From assembly GCA_000182565.2 (NCBI GenBank), contig KQ257450.1: a DNA stretch of 64,000 bases; one strand, 5' to 3'. The DNA comes from Spizellomyces punctatus DAOM BR117. Taxonomy: Eukaryota. Positions 12,462 to 23,799 of this stretch are shown here, piece after piece (position 1 is the stretch's first letter; each line of letters begins with the position of its first letter). The translations under genes were made by a program, and so were the position numbers. Below the pieces are notes generated by a model. It was not told the origin of the DNA. It did no database searches and was given only the letters and a program-made list of their open reading frames with translations.

Positions 12462-14361
12462 CTACGAAGGATATTCACCCGGCATATTATATACAATATC
12501 AATCATCCCTCCTTTCCTCACAATCCCGCCTCCAACCACCTGCCACCCCTTGGTCTCTTGTTGTCGTTTAACAGCTTGACCCAATCTTTCAGCCTGATCG
12601 AACCACTCGCATGCCTCGCTCCGAATCTTGTCCCGTTCCACAGGAGAGCAAGTCATCGCGATCGCGCGCAAAAGCTGTGCCAATCCAGTGTCGTATACTT
12701 GAAGGGCGTGGTTAGGATTGGTGGCAGCAAGACTTTGGGCTGTGTTGAGTACATCAAGGGCGGCTTGGACTTGCGCGTTTGCAGATGATGGTGTCGACGG
12801 AGAAGAAAGAAAGTCCGTACGGGCGAGCGAGGATGAGATGGGACCTGCTTTGACCGAGAAGGGTGGTGCCGACAACCGATCCTGATCACCGCTGGATCTC
12901 CGCCGTTCGCCCGCGGTTCCTGGCGAATTTTGCCACGTTTCCACTTGATGCTTTAGACTTTCCGCTCGATTAATGTACCGAGTGACCAGCTCCGCAACCT
13001 GAACCGCATCAGGATTCTGGGGTCCTAAATATTGAACATGTGCTAAAAGGTGCGCAACACCTTCCGCGTACAGGTCAATAATTTGCTTCCAGGCTTTCAG
13101 CTCCTTACGTCCAGATGGATTTTTTGACCGCACGAATCTGTTATCTAATTCCACTGCTTCACTTATGTATTCCATTCCACTGCTCAGGGATTCGGATCCT
13201 GGTATATGGGTCAAATCAAGATATGGATGATCGAAATATTCGTCAAATGTCAATCGTTTATTTGGATCTCGGGTGAGGAGGGCGGAGACAAGGGATTGTG
13301 CGGTTTGAGAGGTTGTTCGTGCAATTGTGGGAGGTAGAATGAGTTGAGAGGGGGTTGGGGAGAGGATTTGTTTGAGAAGATCGTCTATACTGCTGGCAGT
13401 ATGGAAGGGGGTAGAACCAGCCAGCATTTCTAGCATATGATGAGATGAATCCAATTAGTCGATAGCGGGTTCGAACGAAAATCACCCATAAATCATACCA
13501 TAGAATATTACTCCAACAGACCACAGGTCGCAGCGCGCATCATATTCTTCGTCCTTTAGAACTTCTGGCGCCATATAACTGCTCAACAGCAAATTGTCAA
13601 ACAGTAAAGAAAAGCCACGATGACGTTGTAAGCTCTCTGGTAAGGCACAAGAATACTGAAGCATATGTGTACATACGCCAGAGTGCCAATCTTCTCCTTC
13701 ATGGCTGCCGAACTAAAATCCTGATTTCGGCCGTAATCAGCAATACCAAAGTCCGCAATCTTCAGAATAGGTTGACCATGGGAATTTGGATTCGCAGTCA
13801 ACAACAGGTTCTCCGCTAGTGCATAATAGCGCAAGAAACCCATTAGGGCTGTATTAGCTTACACACGATGGTGGTGTTGCGACCTACTTTTCAAGTCTCT
13901 ATGCACAAGACTATGAGACCATAAAAAAAAGAGGCCTGATAAGAAAACCATCAGTCCCAACTCCAAAAAATAATAAAATGTACTCTTTGTACGCAGAGAG
14001 TCATACCTGCTGCAATTTGTCTGAGAAACCACCGAGCATCCCGCTCTACCAACCGTCGTCCATGTTTGCGAGCCAGAAATTCCTTCAAGTTCCCCAGCTC
14101 ACATAACTCCATTACGATAAACACATTATGAGTATCCCATTCGAGGTCTACAAAGCGGACAATGTTTTGATGCCGTAGTCGTTTTAAAATGGCAATCTCT
14201 TGCACGACCTTTTCTTGTTTGCGAGACCGACCGAGCTGTGACCGTGGAATGACTTTGATGGCCACATCGGCTCCTCCGCTTTTTGGACGGCATCTATATA
14301 CTATCCCAGACGTTCCTTCTCCAAGTTTGCTGATAGTAATGTAGGAAGGTGGGGAAGCCAT
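12462..14361 (-). CDS. ULK3: ULK3-like Ser/Thr kinase with two C-terminal MIT-like domains
   Basis: [54 protein letters not shown] (ULK3-type), then two MIT-like helical units ([22 protein letters not shown] and A..VYDTGL..L..ERDKIR..FDQAERL). Confidence 0.82.
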
Positions 14362-14640
14362 CTGACTGCCATTCCCCAATTTCAACTGGCGGTTTGGAAC
14401 GATGACGACGAGAGACCAAACCAGATCACATACACATTGGAACCATTATAAATAAAATGCGGATAACTTGAATCTATTAACCTCATGCTATGGGGGAAAC
14501 TATTTGAAATATTCTTTATACAAGTTGATAGGTAATTTGAAGAAATGTCTACAGAGCACCGAAATCCCGTCTGTGCTCAAACGCCGCCAAGGTCCTCAAG
14601 TCCAATACGAGTAATTTCTGATTCTAATTGACCCGACCGC

Positions 14641-17600
14641 TCACCAGGCAATCTTGGCAAGAAGGGACTTGGGGAACGCTCGCACCAGCGCTTTCCTAAT
14701 CTCATCTACAATCAAAACGCCAGCAGCAAAGGACAACGGAATGAACCAAAACTTTGTAGGAATGGGTGTTGTTCCAAACAAGTTTTGAAGGAACGGAACG
14801 TAAAGCGCAATGAGGGCGATACAGATCGATAAAGCCATTCCAGCAAAGAGTCTGAGATTGCGGCGAGGTCCGTAGAAAGGGTTGGATTGAAGAATCGAGA
14901 CGCTTCGATTGCGAACAGCGAGGATGGCGCCAAATTGAAACATAACCATAGTAACGTAGCTGCAGGAAACCACCATCAATAAAGAACCTCTCACAAAAGA
15001 ATTCCAAAATTCACTCACTAGACGCATTGCCCAACGCTGAGGAAATGTGTGAGCTCATCCATAGTGTATCCAAGATACCCATCTGTCCAATTCGAGTAGG
15101 CGAAGACCATGTCATAAAAGTAGATCCGCTGTTCAGACATGTACAAGAAGAACATGCCCATTGCGCAAGGCCATGCCATCAGACCAATGAACAAGTAGAT
15201 ATTTATGAAGAAACGATAATCTGTTAACCGATCTTTTCGGGCATTACGTGGTTTCCGCACCATAAGATCTATAAATCAAAAGGATTTAATGAGGATTCTA
15301 GCTCTTGTTGGGAAAGACTTGGAGCTGTGTATCATACCTGACTCTGGCTTCTCAAACATTAACGCAGTGGACATGACAATGTCGTTGGTCACACAAAAGA
15401 AGATTTGCAAAAACGAGGATAAAGGAATCTGGACTCCGAGAAACACATTTGCCATTACAGCCATAAATTCAACGTAGGTTCTGCATGTGGAATAACGTCA
15501 GGTCAAGATAACCAAGAGTACGGCATATTGCATGACAAAACGTACCCTATTGGCATCAAGTACATGATAACTTTCTTGAGATTATCAAAAACCAAGCGTC
15601 CGTTTTCGATGGCATATGGGATCGCCGTAAAATCATTGTTGAGAAGAATCATTGCAGCCGTTTCTTTTGCCACGTCTGAACCAGCACCCATGGCAACTCC
15701 AATGTCTGCTGCTTTGAGAGCAGGAGCATCATTCACACCGTCACCAGTGACAGCAACCGTATTATCCCCTCTCTTTTTTGTCTCTTCCACAATCAACAGC
15801 TTTTGCTCGGGTGTAGTTCTCGCAAACACGATCGAGTGATAGCCTCCGATGGCAACATCCCAATCTTCCGACGTCATTCCGTGTAGCTCTTCTCCAGTAA
15901 TGACAAGAGAAGCCGGCTGGCGATCTTCATCAGGTTTAATCAACGAGCTCTTGATGTTGGCAAACGCTGCCCGAATGTCGGCTCTGCTTCGTAGATCTTG
16001 CAGAGTATCCACGCGCTCGGTCTCAACAATCCCGACTTGTTTTGCAATGGCAACGGCAGTGTTCTTAAAGTCACCAGTGACCTAGAACTCTCCATTAATT
16101 CGACTTTTTCAAGGCCACCTCCAACGAAGCAGTCTCACCATGAAAACGCGAACGTGAGCCTTGTGGATGGTTTCAATCGCCTTCTTCACTTCGGGTCGAG
16201 GAGGGTCACGAATGCCTAAATGCGCACCCGTCTAGGTGAGTAACGTGCAAAACCTCACCAAACACCCAGGACGTTGCTTACCAAGTAGTGCAACCAGAGT
16301 CAAATCGTTCACTTGAGCACACACGACTTCATCCGATTTCCGATCTTGCCAATCAATTTTCACGTCGCCAAGGTTCTTTTTACATAACGCGAGAACACGT
16401 TGGCCCTGGCCAGACCATTGCTCTTGTAAAAGTGACATTGTCTCTTGTGCCTTGGAATCGAATGCAACCGCGCTTCCATCATTAAGAAGAATGCTAGAGC
16501 ATTTCTTGAAAAGAATATCGGGGGCACCCTTGACCATCAACACGGGGCAGGTCGAAGGTTTTGTATTATCGCGGACAACTGTCAGCATCCACTTGTTTTT
16601 CGAATTGAAAGGAATCTCGTAGAGTTTCTCGTGGGCGGAAAGGAGCATAGGCGTGTGAGGAAGAGACTCGCCAAAGCGCAAGATTGCCTATAGAGGATCG
16701 CGCGCGTCAGCTACTATAACGCTTTACCAATGGATATTAAAGGTCTTACCGAGTCGGTCGCATCGCCTTTGATCTTCCGATTTTCTATTGGCCCGTCATT
16801 CTGATCTCCCTCAAACACAGCACCATTGCACAGTCGGGCGATGAGGTTCATATCCTTGATTGCAGGCATTTCACCCTCCGTCGCGGCTTGTTGGCTGGTC
16901 AACGTCTTGTTAAGAAAACCGCACCGCTCAACGTTCATTTGACCGAGTGTGAGGGTTCCGGTCTTGTCCGAGCACAAGACAGACATGCAGCCGAGAGTTT
17001 CTACAGTCGCTAGATTTTTGACCAGAATCTGGCGTCGAGACATTCGTTTTGCAACAATGGTAAGGGTCAGTGCAACGCAGACGGGAAGTCCTTGGGGGAC
17101 AAATGCAGTGAGGCAGCCTGTGACCATGGAGTGACCTGTTAGCATTGTCGACCGAATTAGGGATATCATCAACCTAGGAACTCACCAATGGCATTGATGA
17201 TAGCGACAGAAGGCGTGGCGTAATCTGGATAGGCATTCCTGATCCAAGTACCCCATACAAGCATGGCCAAGGAGAACAATCCAAGGGCGAGTCCCGAAAT
17301 GATTGCCGTGAAAATACCAAGTTCCTTTTGAAGGCTAGTCTGTTGGGCTTTCTGGTGTCCGGAGAGCCGAACAATGTGACCCATGATCGAGCGGTCACCT
17401 AATCAAATCGTAAGCCCAACAGCTGGGGAAAAACCAACAAGACAGTGGCAACATCATAGTGTAATTACCAATGGCATACACGACTCCCCTGCCACTGCCT
17501 TGAACAACAAAGGTAGATGCAAACGCAAGGTTTCTTGTCTCAAGAGGATTCGTATCGGTAGGCTCAACCGTTCCGGGAATGGGGTCACTCTCTCCTGTCA

Positions 17601-18527
17601 GCAGCATTCGATCAAAGGCGAGATCCGACGAGACTTGAATAAGGCGGACATCTGCAGGGACGCGCTGGCCTAATCTCAGAGTGAGAATGTCACCGACAAC
17701 AACGTCCGAAGCAGGGATTGTCTTTTCAACTCCGTCACGAATCACTGTTGCCTCGTTGGCTACGACATTGTTGATTGCTTTCATGATTTGCCCCGCGCGC
17801 CAGTCGACGAGCGCATAGAACGTGGCAGAGACGGCAATCACAAGGAACTGCGAACAACGAGGATGTGAGTTCGTCATGTATAGCAATCGCATCAAGGCGG
17901 ACCCACTTACAATAAGTCCCGCGACTCCAAGGTTAAAAGTTGCAGGCGTGGATCCATCCATACTTCCCAAAGGTTGATACGAAAGCTGCATGTGCCAACC
18001 AATGTCCATTTAGGTCTAGAAATAACTAGCGATTTTATAATCGAGCACTTACCACAGTCACAATCAAGGCGACCCACATGAGGAAATTGAATCCCCCAAA
18101 GACATACTGAAGAATGAGTTTCCAGTGTTTCTTTGGAGGTTCAGAAATGATATTCTTCCCCTCTCTGCTCTTGCGGTCGACGGCTGCCTTGTCAAGACCG
18201 ATTTCTGGATGCGTACTGAATCGAGTAAAGACATCTTCGGGCTTGTTCAAGTGGACCTTGATCTCGCGTATGTCTGGCGGATTGAGTTCATTGTCTGCGG
18301 CCTGGTTGTTGTTTTGTTCAAGCCTGATTGACATTGTCCGGTACCTGGGAAGCACAGACATCCATCTTACATTGCTGCCGCCAAAAAGTTGATACAAACG
18401 ATCCATGCACATACATGATCTGAATACCAGCATTGCTATGGTCAGTGTGAACAGGATGCAGGTATTGCCCCTGGTCGCGCGAGTCCCAAGCCGATCGCTT
18501 GTTGGAGGATGCCTTGATTTCTTCCAT
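14641..18527 (-). CDS. P-type ATPase, Na+/K+ (P2C/ACU-like) alpha-subunit type
   Basis: LTGES, VKNLATVETLGCMSVLCSDKTGTLT, EIPFNSKNKW, KGAPD, DPPR, MVTGD, VFARTTPEQKLLIVE, TGDGVNDAPALKAAD, ENGRLVFDNLKK, FEKPESDLM, DE.RK; multiple TM helices. Confidence 0.93.
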
Positions 18528-18813
18528 CTTTTGATCGTTATTCTTGTGTGTTGCAAGTCGACAAGGAGGGAGCAGCAGTGCACGCAAGCAGGATTCCGCA
18601 CAGAGAAAACACACACGCACACTGTGTCCTTTAATGGAAAACTGGCGAGGGGGATGAGACTCATCTGCCTCGGTATTTATGCCTTTTCACCAAACGCAGG
18701 AAGCAGGATGGGGTGGGAACCTGTGTTTTTTTTTCAGCCTTTGGCACTGGTTCCCTTTCCTTGCCCATCCGATAAGCTCCAGGCGAGATATGGGATCTGG
18801 CCTTTTTTTTTCC

Positions 18814-19378
18814 CTTGGCCCAATCTCCCTCTCTTTTTCTTTTGTGTTGTCTCCAATGCCCTTGAAATTACCACAGTCGATACAGTGCGGCAAACCGAGA
18901 GCGATTTTTGGCTCACTTTTTTGCCAGATCGCTGAACCGTCCAACAGAAATGCTGGCCATACGCTTGGGGAGTTTGAATCCCCTTTTGAGCCATATGTCA
19001 TTTGTTTCTTGCAACAACAAAAGCCCCAATTCTCAACTCCCCCCATTCTGCCCCATTGGCTTGCCATACGCCTGTTTCTTTAACGATTCCCAGAGTAGGA
19101 AACTGGGAGCCCTGCAAAAAAAGGCAACTCTCCCAAAACAAGAGCCTTGCAAACGCCATTTTGTTCAAGTCCAAGTCTCTTCCCTCCCGTCCAGAATGTG
19201 TCGCCCCCAAAGACTACAAGACAAAATGCCAAGTCGTTTCTTTTGTTCTTGTCGCCCAAAACTCTCGCTTCCTACTTATTGTTGATGCCAAGTCGTTTTG
19301 TTGTTTTTGTGACGCGCGCGGGCAACCCTCCGCCCCCCCTCACAGCCTCGCTTTTTTTTTGTATGTTCTTGCCTTGGC
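18814..19378. promoter_or_regulatory. Cluster of GCCAAG (PacC/Rim101-like) sites and one GAGGCTGTG (Crz1-like) motif upstream of the ATPase
   Basis: GCCAAG or its complement at 18814-18819, 19228-19233, 19287-19292 and 19373-19378; 14-bp direct repeat ATGCCAAGTCGTTT at 19226-19239 and 19285-19298; CACAGCCTC at 19341-19349. Function is inferred only. Confidence 0.3.
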
Positions 19379-19591
19379 TTTTTTTGTTTTCCCCCAACAG
19401 GAGAGCTCCGATTTCCGTTTCACAGAATTTAGAACATTCGATGGCAGGAATCTCTTTGGAGATGAGAAAAACAGGTTTGAGATGCGTAAGACTCGAGCGT
19501 GGTTTGTGTGGAGTGGTGTTTTGTGTACCAACTCTTGTATGGTGCAAAACGGCAGCAGGATTCGATTCCAGTTGCGGGCAAGGCTAGTGTC

Positions 19592-19617
19592 GTTTGCTGC
19601 CATGGTTTGCTGCCATG
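19592..19617 (+). repeat. 13-bp tandem duplication (GTTTGCTGCCATG)x2
   Basis: Read directly from the sequence. Confidence 0.85.
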
Positions 19618-19904
19618 GCTAAGGAAATGTCCACATCGAATTTCTTCGCTTTCTTGTTTGCATTGCTGTCGAGATCTGTAATCTTGGGGCTTCTAATCTC
19701 TTTGGCAGCATTTGAAAGCATCATTGGACAGCAACGAGGTTGGCAGGCGAGGCTTGTCGCCTCAAGTTCCACGAATAGCTTGCTTTAAGCGCTGCGTTCC
19801 AAGCTGGACATTATCCGTCACGGAAATCTTTTTTGCTCGAGAAACGGACAGGCAAATCTAGAAGTCCATTACGCAACATTGGGTCAACCACAAACACTTG
19901 CATT

Positions 19905-22004
19905 CTACTCCCAGCCATGTCCCTTCATTGTCCCCTCCTTTTCAAGTCCGAGATGCATTCTAAACACATTTCGCAACATGTGAGGCTCGTGGCCTGCACC
20001 CTTTGCAAAACATTCTTTGGTTGCCTGCTTGAAATAGTCCATGAGAACGTCCTTGTAGTCTGGATGAGCGCATTGTTCAATAATGAGTTTAGCACGCTCT
20101 CGGGGCGAGAGACCGCGAAGATCGGCTAGACCCTATTGGAATAACAACAAGCAGTCAGCCAGTGTACGTTCAGTATGTGGACCCAGTGCATACCTGCTCA
20201 GTAACAATCACATCCAAATCGTGCTCGGTCTGGTCCACATGCGTGCACATGGGCACAATGGTTGTGATACCAGTGGGATCCTTCTTGGTCGGTCTAACGG
20301 ATGGAGTGTGCATGATCGAAAGCTTTGCATTACGAAGGAAGTCGGCTGAACCGCCGAGACCGTTGAGCATCCGGGATCCCATCACGCAGGTGCTGTTGCC
20401 GTGTCCATAAATGTCCACCTCAACCGGGGTATTCATCGCAATCACTCCGAGTCGACGGATAATCTCGGGGGAGTTTGACACCTAATGTGCAAGTCGTTTC
20501 CTCGTCACTCACAACCAAGGCAATGGAACAAATGTGCGAAAAATTCGGGGGCTTACTTGCTGCGACCGCAACAAAAGCTTATCATAGTACCGGTCCCAAT
20601 TCTTGTAAAACTTTTCAAAGCCTTCCGGCGAGAAACGGACGGACGTTGCAGTGGCAAATTTGAGGTTACCCTTGTCAAAGAACCGCAGAAAGGTATCTTG
20701 GATAACTTCGGTCCAGACCGTCACATTGTTGAATGGGCCATCTGCAAGGCCTCCAATCACTGCGTTGGCAATGTTTCCAATCCCGGATTGCAATGGAAGA
20801 AGTGACGTGGGGAGACGTCCGTGTCTGATTTCGTGATTGAAGAACTCTAAGAGGTGGCTTGCGATAGCACGAGATGTCTCGTCCTAATTCCACTCTAATC
20901 AGCCACCGACGATACAAGGGCATTGTGATGCAGATACACGGTACATACCTCTGGATCATTTCCTCCCGTGTTATCGGGACGATTACTCTCAACGATGGCC
21001 ACGACTTTCTCGGGATCAATCGGCACATGGTTGGTACCAATCCTGTCCTCGACTGCCATGACCAAGTATGGCTTACGACGAGGCGGAAGGGTGCTCATGG
21101 TAATGTCATGAAGACCTTCAAAAGATGGAATTGCAGTGTTGACTTCAATGATGACCTTGTCGGCCATTTGGATCAATTCTGGAGTAGCTCCCACAGATGC
21201 ACCTGTTTGCCAGATTCGTTCATTCAAAAATATGCATGGTCTCTCATGAAAACATTCAGCCACAAACCAGGAATGATTCCACCCTCCTCGGTAATAGCCG
21301 TAGCTTCCACAACGACAATATCGAGTTTGTTTTTCGGTTTGTCCTTTGTGTAATATCCTGTACAGTGTTTGGTCAGACGTTTGGTGACTGTATTGCGTCG
21401 TCGAGATCCTTTTACCATAAACCAAATCCTGGGCAAACATTGATAGATGCTTGTCTGCAAAACGTATCCGCCCTGCATTGATACCCTTTGCAATGTTCCT
21501 GCCCACTTGATGAGGATACCGTCGATCAATCATGTCAAGCGCTGCCCAGCGATCTAACCGGCAATACGCATTAGGTGGGAACAAATGAATAGATCAAATC
21601 TACAAAGAGGGACCGACCTTCCGTTTCAGCTCCCGTCGAGGCCCCAACAAAGAGGTTGAATTTGAGCTTTCCCTGGAGATTGTTGCGTTCAACATGGTCC
21701 GCCAGAGCGACAGGAATCTTTTTAGGATAGCCTGTGGGAAAAAAATGGGTTACCCAAATCTGTGAACTCCCGTACACCGAACTCAATGAGACTGACCGAC
21801 GCCCGTAAATCCAGACCAACCGATATCCATGCCATTTTTAAACATTGGCACAAGATCCTCAGCAGTTGCGATTTTGCTGCAAACAATTCACAATGGATTA
21901 GGTGTATATCCTCCACATTCTCGTTCTGTGTAGGAATACTATTTTTACCTGAGCATCGATGGACGCCGAACACGAGCCCGCAACGCAGCCGACACGGAAG
22001 CCAT
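19905..22004 (-). CDS. ACH1: Acetyl-CoA hydrolase / acetate:succinate CoA-transferase Ach1
   Basis: [18 protein letters not shown] start; [131 protein letters not shown]. Confidence 0.96.
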
Positions 22005-22140
22005 CACTAAATAACCTCGTCAAAAAGTAACAAAAAGTGAAATGGACAAAAGGGAAATCCAGATGGAAAACTCGTTCTTTTATAATGGCGAGTGGTGTCC
22101 AGTGTCTTGTGTCTAGTATTAGCAAGTCCCGGAAACGGAC

Positions 22141-22164
22141 GGAGGAGGAGGAGGAGGAGGAGGA
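22141..22164 (+). repeat. (GGA)8 microsatellite upstream of ACH1
   Basis: ggaggaggaggaggaggaggagga, read directly. Confidence 0.9.
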
Positions 22165-22990
22165 AAGCAAGACCCTCCCCTTCACGTAATCCCTTTTGGG
22201 CTGGCCGATTGGTGACGTTTTGCATTTTCCATTCGAGAAAGCCACGCATTCGGCCATGGCTTTTCTTTTTTTGATTTCATCGATATTTAAATACAAACCA
22301 TTTGCATGCCGTCACTTACAGAAAACGAAAACGGATGCATTTAAACAAGGCGTAAAAGAATGGGCGGGAGTAGAAATGCATAGAAGGCACACATGGAGTG
22401 CAGGTAGATGCATTATTTAAAACACGACATGATCCATCATATCGTTTTTGGTGTCATGGAACAAGAAACAAGCCGTTTATCAAGCAATAGTAAGTTGGCA
22501 AGAGTAGCTTTGCATAAAAGACAATCTACCAAGTAGCTACAACGCAAGAGCACAAAGCCAGAATGTTGATCCGACCGCCGTTATCGCTGACAAGCAACTT
22601 GTAAGCCAATTCCATATTTTCTTCCATTGTGGAATTGAATTGTTCCATATTCCACCGTTGAATTGGGCAAAAGCTCCGTTGCTTTGCAAGTTGAAGGTCG
22701 TTAAAGTCTCCAAAGCAAAAGTGCGGAGAAAGCGGGCCTTTTGTAGGCCACGAAATCACGTTTTTTGCGTTGACTTCAGTCAACAGTTGAACGTCATTTG
22801 ATTTTTTACCCCCAGAAATTTGGTTTTTGTGCTTTCGTTTTTTTTTTTTATTTTGAACGACGACGACGAACGACCGAGGAAGAATGTCGTTTATTTAAAG
22901 CAAGGCAGTCTCACTTGATTCCTCGCAAGCCTTTTGACAAGGAACACAAACCTCATTGTTTTTATACATTGCTCATTAAAACAAGTCGAT

Positions 22991-23664
22991 ATGCCTTCCA
23001 TTGCATCCATGTCACTTTTCCTTTTGCCGGCCCTGGCTATCATTGCCCCCCCGGCCACTGCCATCCCACAGCCAATTGCCAACATTGAGCTGCCACAAAA
23101 CTGCACTGCTCCCACTCCGCACACTTGCACTTTTTACGCATCCTGCCTTGAAGTAGCTATTCCATGTGGACCTGACGGCTATGCTCTCGGCTATGGAAAC
23201 AAGTTTTGCTCCAAATTTCAAGCTAGTGCTGACAAGTTTACGGATGCTGGAGAACAATGGTGAGTTTTTCAAAGCAAGGGAGACTTTTAGGGATTCGCTC
23301 TCCCTTACATATTGTCCCCCTTTCTTTTAGGATGTACAATGTCATGTCTTGTCTTCAACATAGCCTCGTCCCCAAACTTCCAAACAACTCGACAAACTCA
23401 CCAAAACCAATGTCCTGCTCTGAACTCAAATCATTCGCTTACGGCACTCACCCCAACTGCTATCTCTCGGCGGGCGTCTGCACACTAGCTCCCAAAGATT
23501 GGATCGTCCTTCTGGAAGTAATTGGCATTCAAGAACTCTTTACCATTGAAACTATTGAGCAAGCCTTGGCGGTTGCCAAGGGTTGCGGAAAGGAGTATAT
23601 CGAAATTGTGAAAGAGATTTTGCACAAGCACAAGAAGGGGAAGCTTCAAGCGGCTGCTGTATAG
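22991..23664 (+). CDS. Secreted cysteine-rich stanniocalcin-like protein (intron 23260-23330)
   Basis: Signal peptide MPSIASMSLFLLPALAIIAPPATA; CTFYASCLE..PCGPDGYALGYGNKFCSKF..GEQWMYNVMSCLQ..SCSELKSFAYGTHPNCY..GVCTL...DW, the Cys pattern I recall for stanniocalcin-like proteins of fungi and invertebrates. Confidence 0.8.
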
Positions 23665-23799
23665 GCATCTGCACGCGAACAGTCATTTATTCGAGTTGGA
23701 TATCTCTGTGTGTGATAACTTTTATACCTCATTGTACCATTCAGGGGCAATAGAAATAGAATACATGTTTCTCTGGATATTTTGTCGAGCGACATCCAC

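Noticed and set aside
18530-19900. Many overlapping 60-200 codon ORFs on both strands
   Set aside because: Homopolymer-rich promoter sequence giving F/K-rich translations with no motifs or splice structure.
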